DNA from: the human T2T-CHM13v2.0 reference genome, Homo sapiens
Reading direction: 5' to 3' (one strand)
Assembly (NCBI RefSeq): GCF_009914755.1
Contig: NC_060930.1
DNA: 64,000 nt
Of this stretch, positions 27,352-40,013 are shown piece by piece. The notes beneath the pieces were generated by a model. It saw nothing but the letters and a program-made list of their open reading frames with translations, was not told where the DNA came from and ran no database searches. Each line of letters begins with the position of its first letter. Within the stretch, counting starts at the first letter, position 1. Both the position numbers and the translations under genes were made by a program.

Positions 27352-28391
27352 GGTTCTTTACCAAAATATATTATAATCCCTTAACCTTTGAGTTTCTTTC
27401 AAGGGTTAAGAAAAAATGATTGTGTAAACATTAGGATGTGGGAATATCTTTCTAAAAATTATATATTAGTCTTGTATGCTTACACTTCTTCCTACCACCT
27501 GTTAGTCATATATATATGTGTATATATATATTGCTTTTACACCGTCAATATTTATATTATTTTGCAGTAAGTATAATTCCTATAGTCATTTAAGTTTAGT
27601 TCTATATTTGGATTGATTTAGTGCTCACCAACAGTCTTATCATAGTTTCTCCATTTCATGTATTGCCCACTTTCTATCATCAAGTAGAATTTTCAAGGCA
27701 GGTCCATAAGTACTGCTATCTTTTGAATTATTTCACATTGGTGGCTATGGGTCTACTGTCTCTCTCCGAGTTAGACTGACTGGGAGCACCATTTTCGGGT
27801 CTTATTTTATTTTCCACAGGTGACAAACTGGTTACTTACCAGTTTCTCCAGCCAACAGAGAAATTTTTTCCCAATAAAATTGGATAACGTTAATTTTGTT
27901 GCTGGAATTCAAAAGTTGGGAGAATTAATACAAAAGTTTGGATTTCTGAATTTTCTTGAAAAAATCAATGATGTAGTAATATGACATCCTGTTAACTACA
28001 TTTTTCATTTTCTCAACAGAAAATTGGCTGTGGCTACCTTGTTTTGATAGCACATGTATGCTCTCCACTTCACTGAATCCAATCTGTTTCAATAACTTTT
28101 ATATCTTGTCTCATCCTTATAGGCATTAGAGTTGGCAACTCCAAGCTCAGAATTTTTTTGACATTGCACTATCATTTCATGGCACTGAGTACTGGACTAG
28201 TCATTTTGCTGTGGCTTTTCCAGTCATTTCTTGGTGGGCTTTATTTGCATTTTTTTTCCTCAGGAAGTTCTCATGCATAATGTTTCCTAAGTTCTCTTAT
28301 ATTTCAGAATGTCTGAGTGTTGCCCTTATTCCTAAACTAACATGTCTGGCTACAATATATCTTGAAAATTTTTTTTTTCTTCAGGATATTC

Positions 28392-28938
28392 TGTTAGAAA
28401 TAGATAATTGGTGCTGTTAAGAAAAGTCAGCAGGGAGACAAAGGATCTCTCAGCAAGGCCATTTTTACTTTCTGCAGAAAGGGTGCTCCTTGCAGATTGA
28501 ACAATGGCAAGAGCACACTTCAACAAAGGGACCCAAATGTGTATCCCTTACACATTTGGGTCATCCTCATTGCTGTGTCCTGCATCCATTGGCTGGAGCT
28601 GGACCTCACAGTCTTAAGCTGATACCCAATTTTCTAATAACCTAAAACTTTCCTAAATAGGTAAGTGCAAGGGAGAACAAGGAAGGAGAGGAAGTTGCTT
28701 ATGAAAGGTTTAAGGAAGCAATAACATTTCCAAAAAAGGAAGGGACATAAGCTATGAGCCAGGACTTGCCTGGGCCTGTCCAGACATGTCTGAGTGAGGC
28801 AAAGCAACTAACTGGGCTAAAGTGTAAGAACTAATAGTTGATAGGAGGCTTTAGAGTAAGAAGCTATTATTTCTAGTGTCTATTATTTTATTTTTAAACC
28901 AAGACGAGCTTTGAAGAGGAACTTTTCTACTTTCTACA
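28392..28938 (-). mobile_element. ERV1 solo LTR, LTR10 family (HERV-I group), 547 bp
   Basis: TG...CA termini. The minus strand starts TGTAGAAAGTAGAAAAGTTCCTCTTCAAAG, typical of LTR10. Perfect TSD TATTC at 28387-28391 and 28939-28943. Confidence 0.85.
28762..28791. promoter_or_regulatory. p53 response element: three contiguous half-sites
   Basis: GGACTTGCCT (perfect RRRCWWGYYY), GGGCCTGTCC (1 mismatch) and AGACATGTCT (perfect), with zero spacers. Confidence 0.75.
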
Positions 28939-28943
28939 TATTC

Positions 28944-31900
28944 TATATATTTGTTCTACGATTTTCTGGGTTAATTTCTTGCTGTGGGGAGATCAGCAAC
29001 CAACCTGGTTTCCTCCCTTTTATTTGACTTGTTCTTTCTGTCTGGATGGCTGAAAAAAATATTTCCTTGTCCTTGAATCTTAATAACTTAATCAGATAGT
29101 CTGCAGTGTTGATGCTTCTGTATATATTTTTTTCCTAGGTGACAAGGTCTGTCCTCTACTGTGCTTCTCTTTAATTTCAGAGATTTTTCTTTTTAATATT
29201 TTTATTTCTTGTTTCATTTTCTTGGGTTACAATGATAAGGACATAAAATATCCTGTTACTTTGCCCTCTATAAGCTTAGTTCTAATTTGTTAATATTATC
29301 TCAGGCCTTTCCTCAATCCCATTAATATGACATTCAGCTTGTCTTTTTTCTTGCTATTTCTAATTTATCAAATAGACATGTAATGGTTCTAATGATGTTG
29401 TTGGACTCTCAATTTATCTCTGTCATCTTCCTTTATATCTACTCCTGTTGTTTTATGAGCTTTCATATTTTTGGCTTCCTATTCTAAGTTTTGCACACTG
29501 TGAAGCAAGTTCGAGGAGTTTATTCTGCTCTTAAATACAGTTTCTTTCCATCTAGAATTTTGCTGTCTCTTTTGTATGCCATGTCAGTTTTCCTCTCTGC
29601 ATTTTTGTTGCAGTTATGCATAACTGCAATGCCATTTCTTTTAGTCTGGCTCATGCTTACTGGGGGCAGCTCCCAAACTCTCTCTTCGCTCTGTAAGTGT
29701 GTCTGAGTGAATTCTGTAGGATACTTTTGCCACTATGTCTCTCCAGTTTGTCCTCTCTCAGAGCTGTACTCTGACGCCTGAGTATTGCTATTACTCAATT
29801 TTTCTCTAGCCTCAAGTCATGACAGTGGAGAAGGCAGAAAGCTTAGGCTCTGCTTTTTCTTCAAGTTGAGTAAATTTTCTGTATTACAATCAACTCCATC
29901 AAACTAGGAATGTGTTCTCTTCCTACTCACTTCAGTTCAATCTTCTGATTTGTGCGTGATGCCCTGAAGCGTATGCTTCCAGCAAGGAGAGTTTGTTTAG
30001 GTTATTCATTTTCCTTGTTTTACTTACACATTCTTCCAGCAGCCTTTTGTGTATACACCTTAGTTCCCAGTCAGAACAGGAAAAGATAATGATTCCTATG
30101 GGGTTTACCCCCATTACAGTTAATTGGGGTAGAGGTGACATCACCTTCTGTTTAATTTGTCAGCTTTTGGTGCTCACAGGTTTTTTGTTTGTTTGTTCCT
30201 ATTTATCTACTCTTTTGTTTTCATGTCTGCAACTTACTGCTGGTGTTTTTTAGAACCCTCTCTTTTCCCCTCCCTTGCTAGTAGAGCGTAGAATGACACT
30301 CACTGAAATTTTTTCTCTTCCTCTATTGAGTACCTTTGGTAGGGGTGCTTGCATAGCTGTTTTCCTGACTCTTTCTCCAACAGCCTACTTCTTCAGCTTC
30401 TCCTCATTTTTAGGAATACCATTAAGACTTTTGAGGTGTTGATTAATCATCTACTTTTCCTATCATTTCTTCTGAAAGATGCAGATTAGTTTAAAAACTT
30501 CCTGAACCAAAAAAGCAATTTTTATTCATTTGTTTGGCACTTCTTTTCAAAATTTGTGTTTTGTGTTTCTTGTTCCTTTCATCAAGTGTTGGGGTAGGAA
30601 CATTCTCTTCTCAGGCTTATCTCTACTGTCTCACCTTGGAAGTCTAAACTATCTTTCCATTTGTTTTTCGTTTTATCTTTTTTTTATGAGACAGGCAGAT
30701 ATGTGTTTATTTGTTTAAAATTTTTTTCTACTGTGGATATATACTGCTTTGGTTAAATTGTTTAAAAATTTAAAACAATCTATCTTGAAATAGTTTTTAT
30801 ATCATTTATTTAGACTTGTGTAACCACTTTAATATTTTATATCATTTAGATTTATATAAGTATGTTTATAACACATTATATTATAATTTCTATTTGAACT
30901 ATTTATAACAATTTTGCCACCAGAGTTATGCTAGTTTTATATAAAGATGTGGGAAGTTGAAATAATTTTATGTATTCTGAAAATATTTAAACAGCATGAT
31001 ACTTATTTATTAAATTTTATATTGAATTTACTGGTCTCAGTGGTTATATCAGAGGTACATTTTGATAACTGTTTCATTATTTTTCATGGTTCTTAGCATA
31101 TTTTTGCTCCTTGAAATAATTTTGATAATGTCTTAGATAATCTTATATTTAACCTAGATTTTTCCATTTTTCCACTGTAGTAATCTTATTTCCATCACAG
31201 TAATTACATATTTCCTTTATAGTAATTTTCTTTTTTATTATTTGATTTCCATAAGTGCATATCAGAATACTTTTCCCCATATTTTTAGCTGGGTAAATGT
31301 TGTATTTGATTATATCTTTATAGCCTTTAGAAAACTACATTTTCACCATAGTTTTTTAGCTTTTTGTATTTTAGAGGGGAAATTTGAGGCAAGTATCATT
31401 TTTGTGCTTGTGTGTATTACGTATATACATTTTGTATCTAGACTTTTATACTTGCTTTTTTTTAAATAAAAATAGGTATGATATATCATTATTTCTCTTC
31501 TTGATGGCCCTTTTTTAAAATTCAGGAAACTTTTCTTTTGTAATATCTTTGATTATTGTTTTTGTCCAATTTATTTACTTTTTCTCTGAGTAACAATTAT
31601 TTGAATGTTGGTTCCATAGTCTCTGTCTGCCATATCAATTCTCTTTCCTCCATCATTTTCCTCTTTTTTCCTCATATTCTACATATTAAGAGTGCTTCTT
31701 AAATGTGTTATTATATTATTATTATATCATTATTTTCAATTTCCAACATATATTTTACTATTTGCCACTATCAATGTGCCTGACAGTTTTCTACTATTTT
31801 TAAAGTTTTGTGAACCCTACTGTTTTAAAGTTTTTTGAAACTCTCATATTATGTTTATTTTAAATCTCATTCTAAAGTTTTTACAGCTTAACTTTTGCAC

Positions 31901-31950
31901 TTTTTATAGCTTTCTGCTCCTGTGTCAGAGACTACCTTTTTTGTATCTTT
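28944..31950 (-). mobile_element. Patchy, highly diverged L1M-type sequence
   Basis: T-rich stretches with L1M-like phrases ('gagggaaaatttgaggcaagt', 'ttcaggaaacttttcttttgtaatatctttgattatt'). Not continuous, and boundaries are uncertain. Confidence 0.4.
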
Positions 31951-32157
31951 TGGGTGATGTCAGAAAAACAATAGTATCACAACAAGAACAAAAACAACAA
32001 CAGTAGCAACAACAATAAAACTAACACAAAAAACCCCCACAACAACAAAAAACCCAGCAAAGAAAGAAAAACAATTTGGTTAATTTTTCAGATATTTTTC
32101 TGTGCATTATAGTAAGTAGTTGTCAGAGGTGAACTTTTCTTTCCTGTCTTCAGACTC

Positions 32158-32706
32158 TGTATTAATAAGGGTTCTCTAGAGTGTCAGAACTAATAGGGTA
32201 GATGTATATATGAAGGGGAGTTTATTAAGGAGAATTGACCTACACAGTCAGGAAGTGAAGTCCCATAATAGGCTGTCTGCAAGTTGAGGAGCAAGGAAGC
32301 CAGTCCAAATCCTTAAAACCTCAAAAGCAGGGAAGCCAATGGTGCAGCCTTCAGTATATGGCCAAAGGCCAGAGAGCCCCGGAAAACCACTGGTGTAAGT
32401 TCAAGAGTCCAAAAGCTGAAGAATTTGGAGGCTGATGTTCAAGGGCAGGAGGCGTCCAGCACGGGAGAAAGATGAAGTCTGGAAGACTTAGCAAGTCAGC
32501 TTCTACCACCTTCTTCTGCCTGTTTTATTCTAGCCACTCTGGCAGCTGATTAGATGGTGCCCACCCAGATTGAGGGTGGGCATGCCTCTCCCAGTCCACT
32601 GACACAAATGTTAATCTCCTTTGGACATACCCTCGCTGACACACCCAGGAACAATACTTCGCATCCTTCAATCCAATCAAGTTGACACTCAATATTAAGC
32701 ATCACA
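32158..32706 (-). mobile_element. HERV-L solo LTR, MLT2A2-like, 549 bp
   Basis: TG...CA termini, 'agggttctctagag...ggaagccagtcc...caatccaatcaagttgacactcaatatt'. Perfect TSD GACTC at 32153-32157 and 32707-32711. Confidence 0.9.
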
Positions 32707-32972
32707 GACTCAAAGGTCTATTTCTTTCTTATCTCATGCATTGCTTTATAAGACTATAAGGCTGTTGGACCTGGTACACATCTTAATCTCTAGACTGTAG
32801 AAAGCCTTCACCTAACTAGGGTAATTATCTTCTGTAGATTCTATCTTCTCTTATCCTCACAACCTGAATCTTTTTGGAAAAGCTCTATTTTGTAAGATAC
32901 ATACTGCCATCAAGGATCTTTTTCCCTTTGCCTTGGTTTTGCTTGGAGTGGTGTGATGGTCATTATGATCAC

Positions 32973-33110
32973 ACATAGTTGAGCTCCCAGCAATCAGTCT
33001 ACATTTGCTCAAACACCATCCCCAGAAAAGAAGAGCGTAATAACACATCATTGTTTTCTGGGGATGGTGTCTGAGCAAATGTAGATTGATTGATGGGACC
33101 TCAACTATGT
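32973..33110. repeat. Inverted repeat with 57-bp arms (32973-33029 and 33054-33110) and a 24-nt loop
   Basis: 53 of 57 positions are complementary by hand alignment. Confidence 0.95.
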
Positions 33111-33129
33111 CTGATATAAGAAACAGCAC

Positions 33130-33438
33130 AGTGGTGGTAGAGGATTGGATGCCCAGATATCATGTCCATGTAGCTGGCCAGAGAAAGGAAGAATGGCAGA
33201 AGGCCATGAAAGAAACACTCCCAGTTGAGTCAGTTCCGAGGGACCTACTTAAAGTCTGACAAACATTTTCACTATATGTCATGAACAGAAATTAGCCCTC
33301 TCCCTACACCCAAGTGTAAGAGTGTCTGGGTATGTAGCCTTTTGTTTTGGGTGGCAATATACCCAGGGAAAAATAAGGGTACTGAGAAGGATGGGAGAGA
33401 ACAGGTCTTTCTGTAGGCAACTGGCTATCTTTGTCATA
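33130..33438 (-). mobile_element. Old MaLR LTR fragment (MLT1J/K-like)
   Basis: 'acactcccagttgagtcag...gtctgggtatgtagccttt...gggtggcaat...gtaggcaactggctatctttgtcata'. Confidence 0.55.
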
Positions 33439-35013
33439 ACCTAGGTCTTAGTGAGTTGGGGCTGACAGCAGAAGGGATTAAAAAGTACTTTATGTTATTA
33501 ACCATAAACTACAGGAAGGACCAGCATGATCTCAGTCATCATTTTATCTCAGGCTTACTTATTATATTCCTTATATTATGTTCAAATTTCTTCCTCCTCC
33601 TCCAGCAATGTTAGGGTGACTGCTATGTTGAAAAGAGACCACAAACTGTTAAAGTCTCAAATTGCATGCCTCACCTTTCCACACCCTCCCTTTTGCAGGC
33701 CAAGTTGTTCATTCTCTTCTTTTGGGGCAATACCTAGCAGATTACTCATATGAGGATTAGTCAGCCCTTGTTCCCTGATGCCACATCCTCCCCCAACCAA
33801 CTACCATGTATCAAAGAGTCCTGGGACTCCCACTTTTGTCTTTTCTGTTACTAGCACACTTAATTTCCCACTCACCATCTTCCTTCTTGCCTCCCACTCT
33901 GTTCCTACTAATAGTGTTAATACTATCAACAGCAATGACTAGCATTTTTATTGTTCTTCTTACAAAGTTCCTTCTCATATTTTTATTTTTATCTCATGTG
34001 CACCTCACAGCCATCCTGCTATATTTTTTCAATTTTCACTAAGGCATGTATTTTAGAAGGTTGGCAATTAAACAAATCCGTGTGAGTAACGGGTAGAAAT
34101 GTAAGTCCAACCCAGGTCTCCTAACCTCACATCTCATGCTCTTTCTATCACACTATGCTGCAAGTCACACCTCTTGTATATTGTCTCCCAACAGCAGCAG
34201 TACAAATGATAAAAAGTCCTGGATTAGTGGGTACATGAGAAGGAAGGTTACAAAGTGCACTAAATGGAAATGGAGGCCATGAGGCCCAAATAGTTGGAGA
34301 TGATCCTTGCTACAAAGTAGGAATGAGCAGTGACTATTCGTGCTTAAGGACACATGGACTTCAAAATACTCTTTCCTCTTACCAAAATGTTCCTGGAACT
34401 GGACAATATTAATAGGACAAACACTGGAGAAGTTCACAAATAATGAACAGCTGCAATAGCAAATCTCTCTTCCACCAGAGTGTTTTATCAGAGCTCGTGT
34501 GCTCCTGGCTTAATGCTTAATGCTTCACCAAGGGAAGCAATTCACGGGTGGAAGCAACCATGCAGATCAGAGAAGATTAGTTTTCTTTCTTTCCAGTGGT
34601 TTGGGACCTCATAGAATAGCCTCAGATAAAAGAGGAAGCTGCAGGCAGAAAGCCATGAACTCCTGAGCCTGACTGTAGAAGACAGGCGAATAGGTGGTAG
34701 AAATACAGTGATAATTTTTCCCAAGGGAGTTAGACAGCTTTTTAGTGAATGAAAGAAGCACAGCACAAATTAGTTCAGATCAAGTTTTCAGCTTCTAAGC
34801 TTGGGTTCCTCAGGCTATTTCTTGACTTTCTTTGAAACCACTGAAATCTGTAATAATACCCTAAGCTTCTGTTTTATTTTAGCCACCACATAGGCTATAC
34901 TCAGATGTAAACATATTTGTCTAATTTAGCCTCAGTCCAGTACATTCAACATTTTATCAGGAAGTTACAATTTTACTGCTGTGTCCAGGGAGTGGTATGG
35001 AGGGTAGAGCAAG

Positions 35014-35394
35014 TGTATTAGTCAATTCACACACTGTAGTAAAGAACTACCTGAGGCTGAGTAATTTATAAAGAAAAGAGGTTTAATTGGCTCACGTTTC
35101 CACAGGCTATACAGGAAGCATGGCTGGGAGGCCTCAGGAAACTTACAATCATGGTGGAAGGCAAAGGAGAGGCTGGCACGTGCTACATGGCTGAAACAGG
35201 TGGAAGAGAAAGAATAAAGGGGAAGGTGCCACACACTTTTGAACAACCAGATCTCTTGAGAACTCTATTATGAGAACAGCAAGGGGCAAGTCCTCCCCCA
35301 CGATTCAATCACCTCCCACTAGGTCCCTGACCCGATACTAGGGATTACAATTCGACATGAGATTTGGGTGGGGACACAGAGTCAAACCATATCA
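35014..35394 (-). mobile_element. MaLR solo LTR (THE1D-like), 381 bp
   Basis: TGTATTAGTC...CAAACCATATCA with perfect TSD GCAAG at 35009-35013 and 35395-35399. Confidence 0.9.
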
Positions 35395-35574
35395 GCAAGG
35401 AAGAGGGCTGGGCCCTTATGGATATATATATAGACTTGTGAGAGCTTTATATTTGGTCAGTGTGCCATTTACTCTTCTATACAATGTGGCATTTAATCAT
35501 CAGTGTGATTTGCACAGACTAAAGATAGTAGGGCTGGATAATATTTTAAGACAATAATGTACTTGTTTCTGTTA

Positions 35575-35710
35575 TGTATTCAGTTATTTATTCATTCAGC
35601 CATTCAGCAGATATTTACTGAGTGCATCTATAGTGTGCCAAGCACTGTTTTACCTGCTAAGGATACAACAGTGAAGAAGACTAGCAAAACAATTCTTGTC
35701 TTCATGAAAA
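35575..35710 (-). mobile_element. L2 3' end
   Basis: 'attcattcagccattcagcagatatttactgagtgcatctatagtgtgccaagcactgtt...ggatacaacagtgaa'. Confidence 0.7.
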
Positions 35711-37004
35711 CAGAGCATGCACTATACTCAATTCCTGATGAATAGCCAAGAGGAAAGCATAAAACATCTTTGTTTTCCATTAACCTCAACTATGCTCACA
35801 AATGCGAAGCCTGCTGTACCATTGACCCAAATAAGTGTGTTGTTTGGCCTCCACAGTTAAAAAATTTTTAATATTAATGCTTTTTGAGGTTCTTTCCCTT
35901 CCCAGTGTACAGCACTCTCTATCAGTCTTTATTCTATTACAACTGTCTTGCTTCTCCTATTTATTCTGTTCCTATGTCTCCTGTAAGTGTCAGACTCTTA
36001 GGATTTGGGCCTAAATCCTAAAAATTGGAGAACTATGAAATAAGTAAAAGTGAGAAAAACATTTTTAAGTCCCAGAGAATTACATGTACAAGCCGGGGAG
36101 TTTGGGCGACCCCAGTCACAAACTGAAATGGGATTCCCCTCCAGCCTGTAGGGGGAGAGGAGCAAATAGTCTGTGAGCGCTCGAGCAGTGGCAACTCTGC
36201 TTCCTGGGATGGAGAACCCAGAAGAATCTAGCAGGGAGTTGCTCTGCAGTGCGTTTAGTCAGACTGAGCCATAGATGCTTCATAAGAAAGTCTCATAGTA
36301 ACAGTGTGAGGAAGCAGCTGATAGGGACAGAGCCCACGGACATACCGAGGATGACTCATATGGGTTGAGGATTGACACTTGATGAACACAGAACATTGAA
36401 CTCCACACTGTGTCTGGGACTAGTCTAAGATTTCTGAGCCATATCCCAACCCTGGGGGAGAGCGGAGACTTCTCAAATAACTGAGGTTGCATTTTCCCAG
36501 CTGGGATAGCGCTTGGATTCAGCAATAAAGTTAAGTACTGAATAATCGGGAGAATGGTGCTTCCTGTACACTACAGTCAGTGGAATGAAATTCACACCTG
36601 TTTTGCTAGCTTGTAGGGGAAGCTTCTACCACTTTCCATTAGGGTAGAGGATGGGAGGACTGGAAAATGATCATATTTTGAGATGCAGGATGGTTTTTCC
36701 TTGTAATCTATATGTCTCAGTTGTCATCTTTTAAAGGGCTTGGTATGTGACCTATCTTTCCCTTTTAAATTTTTCTGGCACTTTTTTCTTATCCTGTAGG
36801 CTCCTTCGTTCTCATATCTCTTGGTTCAATCTGACTGCATGGAGTATTTTCAAGACCATACTCTCCATAGATTAGCTATGGAGGCAGCCCTTTGTTTCTA
36901 CAGCCTCACAGGCTCAGCACCTTTCCACAGATCTCTCTCCTGGCTCCTGTCCTCCTTCTCCCTCATGCTTCCAAGCTTCTCCACTCTGCTCCCTCTTTAA
37001 ACCA

Positions 37005-37168
37005 GAGAAGTCCAAAGTGCAGTCCCCAGGCCAGCAGCTCAGTAATCCTGGAGTCTTGTTAGACATGCAATTTCCAGAACCAGCTCCAGACCTACTGAAT
37101 CAGAAATCTGCAGCTGGAACCCAGCCTGCCAGGGGACTTGGAGGCTTGCTTATATTTGAGAATTTCTG
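37005..37168. mobile_element. MER5A-type hAT MITE
   Basis: 'caaagtgcagtccccaggccagcagc...cttgttagacatgcaa...ccagacctactgaatcagaaatctgc...tttgagaatttctg'. Confidence 0.7.
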
Positions 37169-38131
37169 TTCTGAAAGGAAACACTAAGAATGTAGCATCC
37201 TGTGACAGGCAGCAAGAAAGCCTCCCCCAGAAGTGAACAAAAGTGTCTTGTGAGGAGTGTTGCTGTCCTTTATAAAAAACAAATACACTGATGTCCATTA
37301 TTAAGTTTTCAAGCTCTCTTTTATAAATTCCAACCAATTCTCTCCACATCTAAATCAAATTTAAATGTTTTGACATTGTGGGTAACTTTTCAAGAAAATC
37401 CTAAAATCTAGAGATTTCACTTTACTTTTAGTCCTCTTTGCAGTGTTGTTTCAATTGATTTTCCATTATGTCATGTGTATTTTCATGGCTATATATGGTG
37501 GATATTATTTGATTGTCTTATTGGCCTGAAAAAAAAAGAAGAAGAAGAAGAAAAGAAAGACTTGGCTTTGTAGAAAGCATGTGGAAAGTTAGATGGAAAT
37601 TCTTATGTGAAGTGTTGCATGATTACTACAGGTTTTCTTCTGGTAATTATGCATGCTCTTTATGAAACTCCTCTTTTAAAAAGTGCAGAAAGTTGAGACT
37701 TAAAAAATCTGAAACCTGGACAAATTTAATATTTCCAACAAGAGAGTCAGTGATCAGCAATACTTTTTTTAGCTTCTGTGTTTGCATAACATGTAAGATT
37801 TGCTGCCTGCTCATTTACATTTTCACTCAACAGTCTAACATGAATGGAGTGTTTCACTTTTTCTCAGCCAGTAAAGTATTGATTCTGCATCACAAGGGGA
37901 AAATATAAATGTAGGTCTTTCAAAGATGACCTCAACCACAATGTTAGAAAATTGCTAAGTGTTAGAAATCTTAAGTATAGTATTGGCAGAGAACAAAGGT
38001 TCACAATTTGGGATGCATAGTGTAAAATCTTTAGGTTCTATTTTTAATAGTCAAACCAAATCAAAATGGTGGGGCCAGTTAAATCTCTGTTAAAAAAACA
38101 AGACCTTTAAACCTCCAGTGTCATACATTTG

Positions 38132-38151
38132 AAAAAAAAAAAAAAAAAAAA
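38132..38151 (+). repeat. Poly(A) tract
   Basis: About 20 consecutive A. Confidence 0.9.
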
Positions 38152-39631
38152 GCAGGGTCAACGATCTACATAGATAGTAAAACACAAATCCTGAACATTC
38201 CCAAAATTGAAAATAAAATTCCCAGTGGATCAGTTATGGCCTCCGAAACAAATCTGCTTCCTCAATTCCCCAAGAATACTGAATCTTATTGGAAAAAAAT
38301 GAATTTAGTAGAATACTACCTCTGTAAATGTATTATGCAAAAATCTCACTCCTTTTTTATAGGTTCATTATGAAAAAGTTTCACTCCTATGGTATAGGTA
38401 GTTCATTTCTGATTACTATGTCCTTTTATTTTGTAGCAGTAACCACCCACTCAGTAATTTCCATGCTGATGTGAATTGTATTTTAACTTGTGGTGCTGTT
38501 TTATATTAGTGTGCACTGGCTCTGTCTTCTCCTTTCATTTCCTTGAGGGAAGTATAGTATTTAGACAGCAAATTATTGTTTTAAAACAAGGGATGGGGTT
38601 ATTGTTAAGGCATAGTGAGAAGATTTACTTTATTAATCAGACTTGGTTTGTTCTGAAGCAGTGTGTCCAAAAGGAAGCCAAGTAGAAACATCCATGTTTT
38701 AATCATAGGAAACCTTGATATTGTTTGTGCATGAATAAATACATTAAAGGAAAACATGTGGAGTGATCATGTTTGAGTTTTTCCTTATGGTGTTTGCCAA
38801 CATGAGTAATTATGTATTAGATGTTAAATCAGGTTGAATTTCCAATTTGACATTGTCTCTTTCTTTGTTTTCCCTCATTTCCTTCTTTCTTTCCCACTAC
38901 CCCCACACCACTTTGTCATCTGATACATTTATTTGAAGGATGTGGGCATCATCAAATTAAAAAATGTGTTACCTACTAGCTGAATAACTGAGCTTGGTAT
39001 AGAAATATGAAATTGAAGAGGAATGGGTCCCTATGAGTAAACAGAAGTGCAGTGCTCAAGGAGCTAACAATTTAGTGGTGGCACAGACATGGACACAAAG
39101 AATCATAACACAGTCAGAATGTGCTATAATAAAACTATAAATATAGTTTTAATGGAACCATTGCATGAAACAAGAGGGAAGGCATACGTTTCTTTATAGA
39201 AGAAATAGCTTTGAGCTTGACCTTAAAATCTGAATAATGTTTGAAAGATGAAGATGGAATAAAATGCTCTATCAGATGAAGGTAACAGAGGTGGGTAAGT
39301 GTGCAGATAGAAATGCAGATGTCATGAATTGTGGCTGTGGAAGATGCATTAATATAAAGAAAAACGTCAGACCATAATGAAGACTCTAATAAAGCGATTT
39401 TAACAAGACCAAAAACAAACTAAGTGAGTGACAGAATGCCTCAGTGAGGGAGGTCATGGCTCTGAGATGGTCACTTATACCCTCCTACCCAGCTCCTCCT
39501 CCATTCCAGTGACAATGGGGCTGTTCTGGTTGAGAAATATATTGTCTAACCTAGAGGCCAAGAAGCAGAGATGATAATAAGGTGGTGGGTTCCAGGAAGA
39601 GTCAGCTGTATAAATCTGTTTATAAAAAACC

Positions 39632-40013
39632 TGACATGGTTTGGCTGTGTCCTCACCCAAAATCTCATCTTGAATTATAATCCTTATACTCCCCATAATC
39701 TTCGTGTGTCAAGGGCAGGATGAGGTATAGGTAATTAGATCATGGGGGTAGTTTCCCCCATGCTGTTCTCGTGATAGTGAGTGAGTCTCATAAGATCTGA
39801 TGGTTTTATAAGCGTCTGGCATTTCTCTTGCTTGCACTCACTCTGTCCTGCTTCCCTGTGAAGAAGGTGCTTTCTCTTTGCCTTCCGCCATGATTGTAAG
39901 TTTTCCGAGGCCTCCCCAGCAATGCAGAACTGTGAGTCAATTAAACTTCTTTCCTTTATAAATTATCCAGTTTTGAGTATTTCTTCATAGCAATGTGAGA
40001 ACAGACTAATACA
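39632..40013 (+). mobile_element. MaLR solo LTR (THE1C/D-like)
   Basis: TGACATGGTTTGGCTGTGTCC...GAACAGACTAATACA. Flanks AAACC and ACACC form a 4/5 TSD. Confidence 0.9.

Noticed and set aside
31965-32075. CAA/A-rich stretch as a retroposon tail
   Set aside because: No attached element or TSD is identifiable, so it is treated as low-complexity sequence.
35998-36021. 24-bp near-palindrome TTAGGATTTGGGCCTAAATCCTAA
   Set aside because: It is short and has one mismatch, so chance or a trivial fold-back is plausible, and there is no supporting context.
36050-36600. GC-richer segment with AATAAA and a TGACTCA site, possibly an ancient LTR
   Set aside because: I could not find termini or a TSD or assign a family from the sequence alone.
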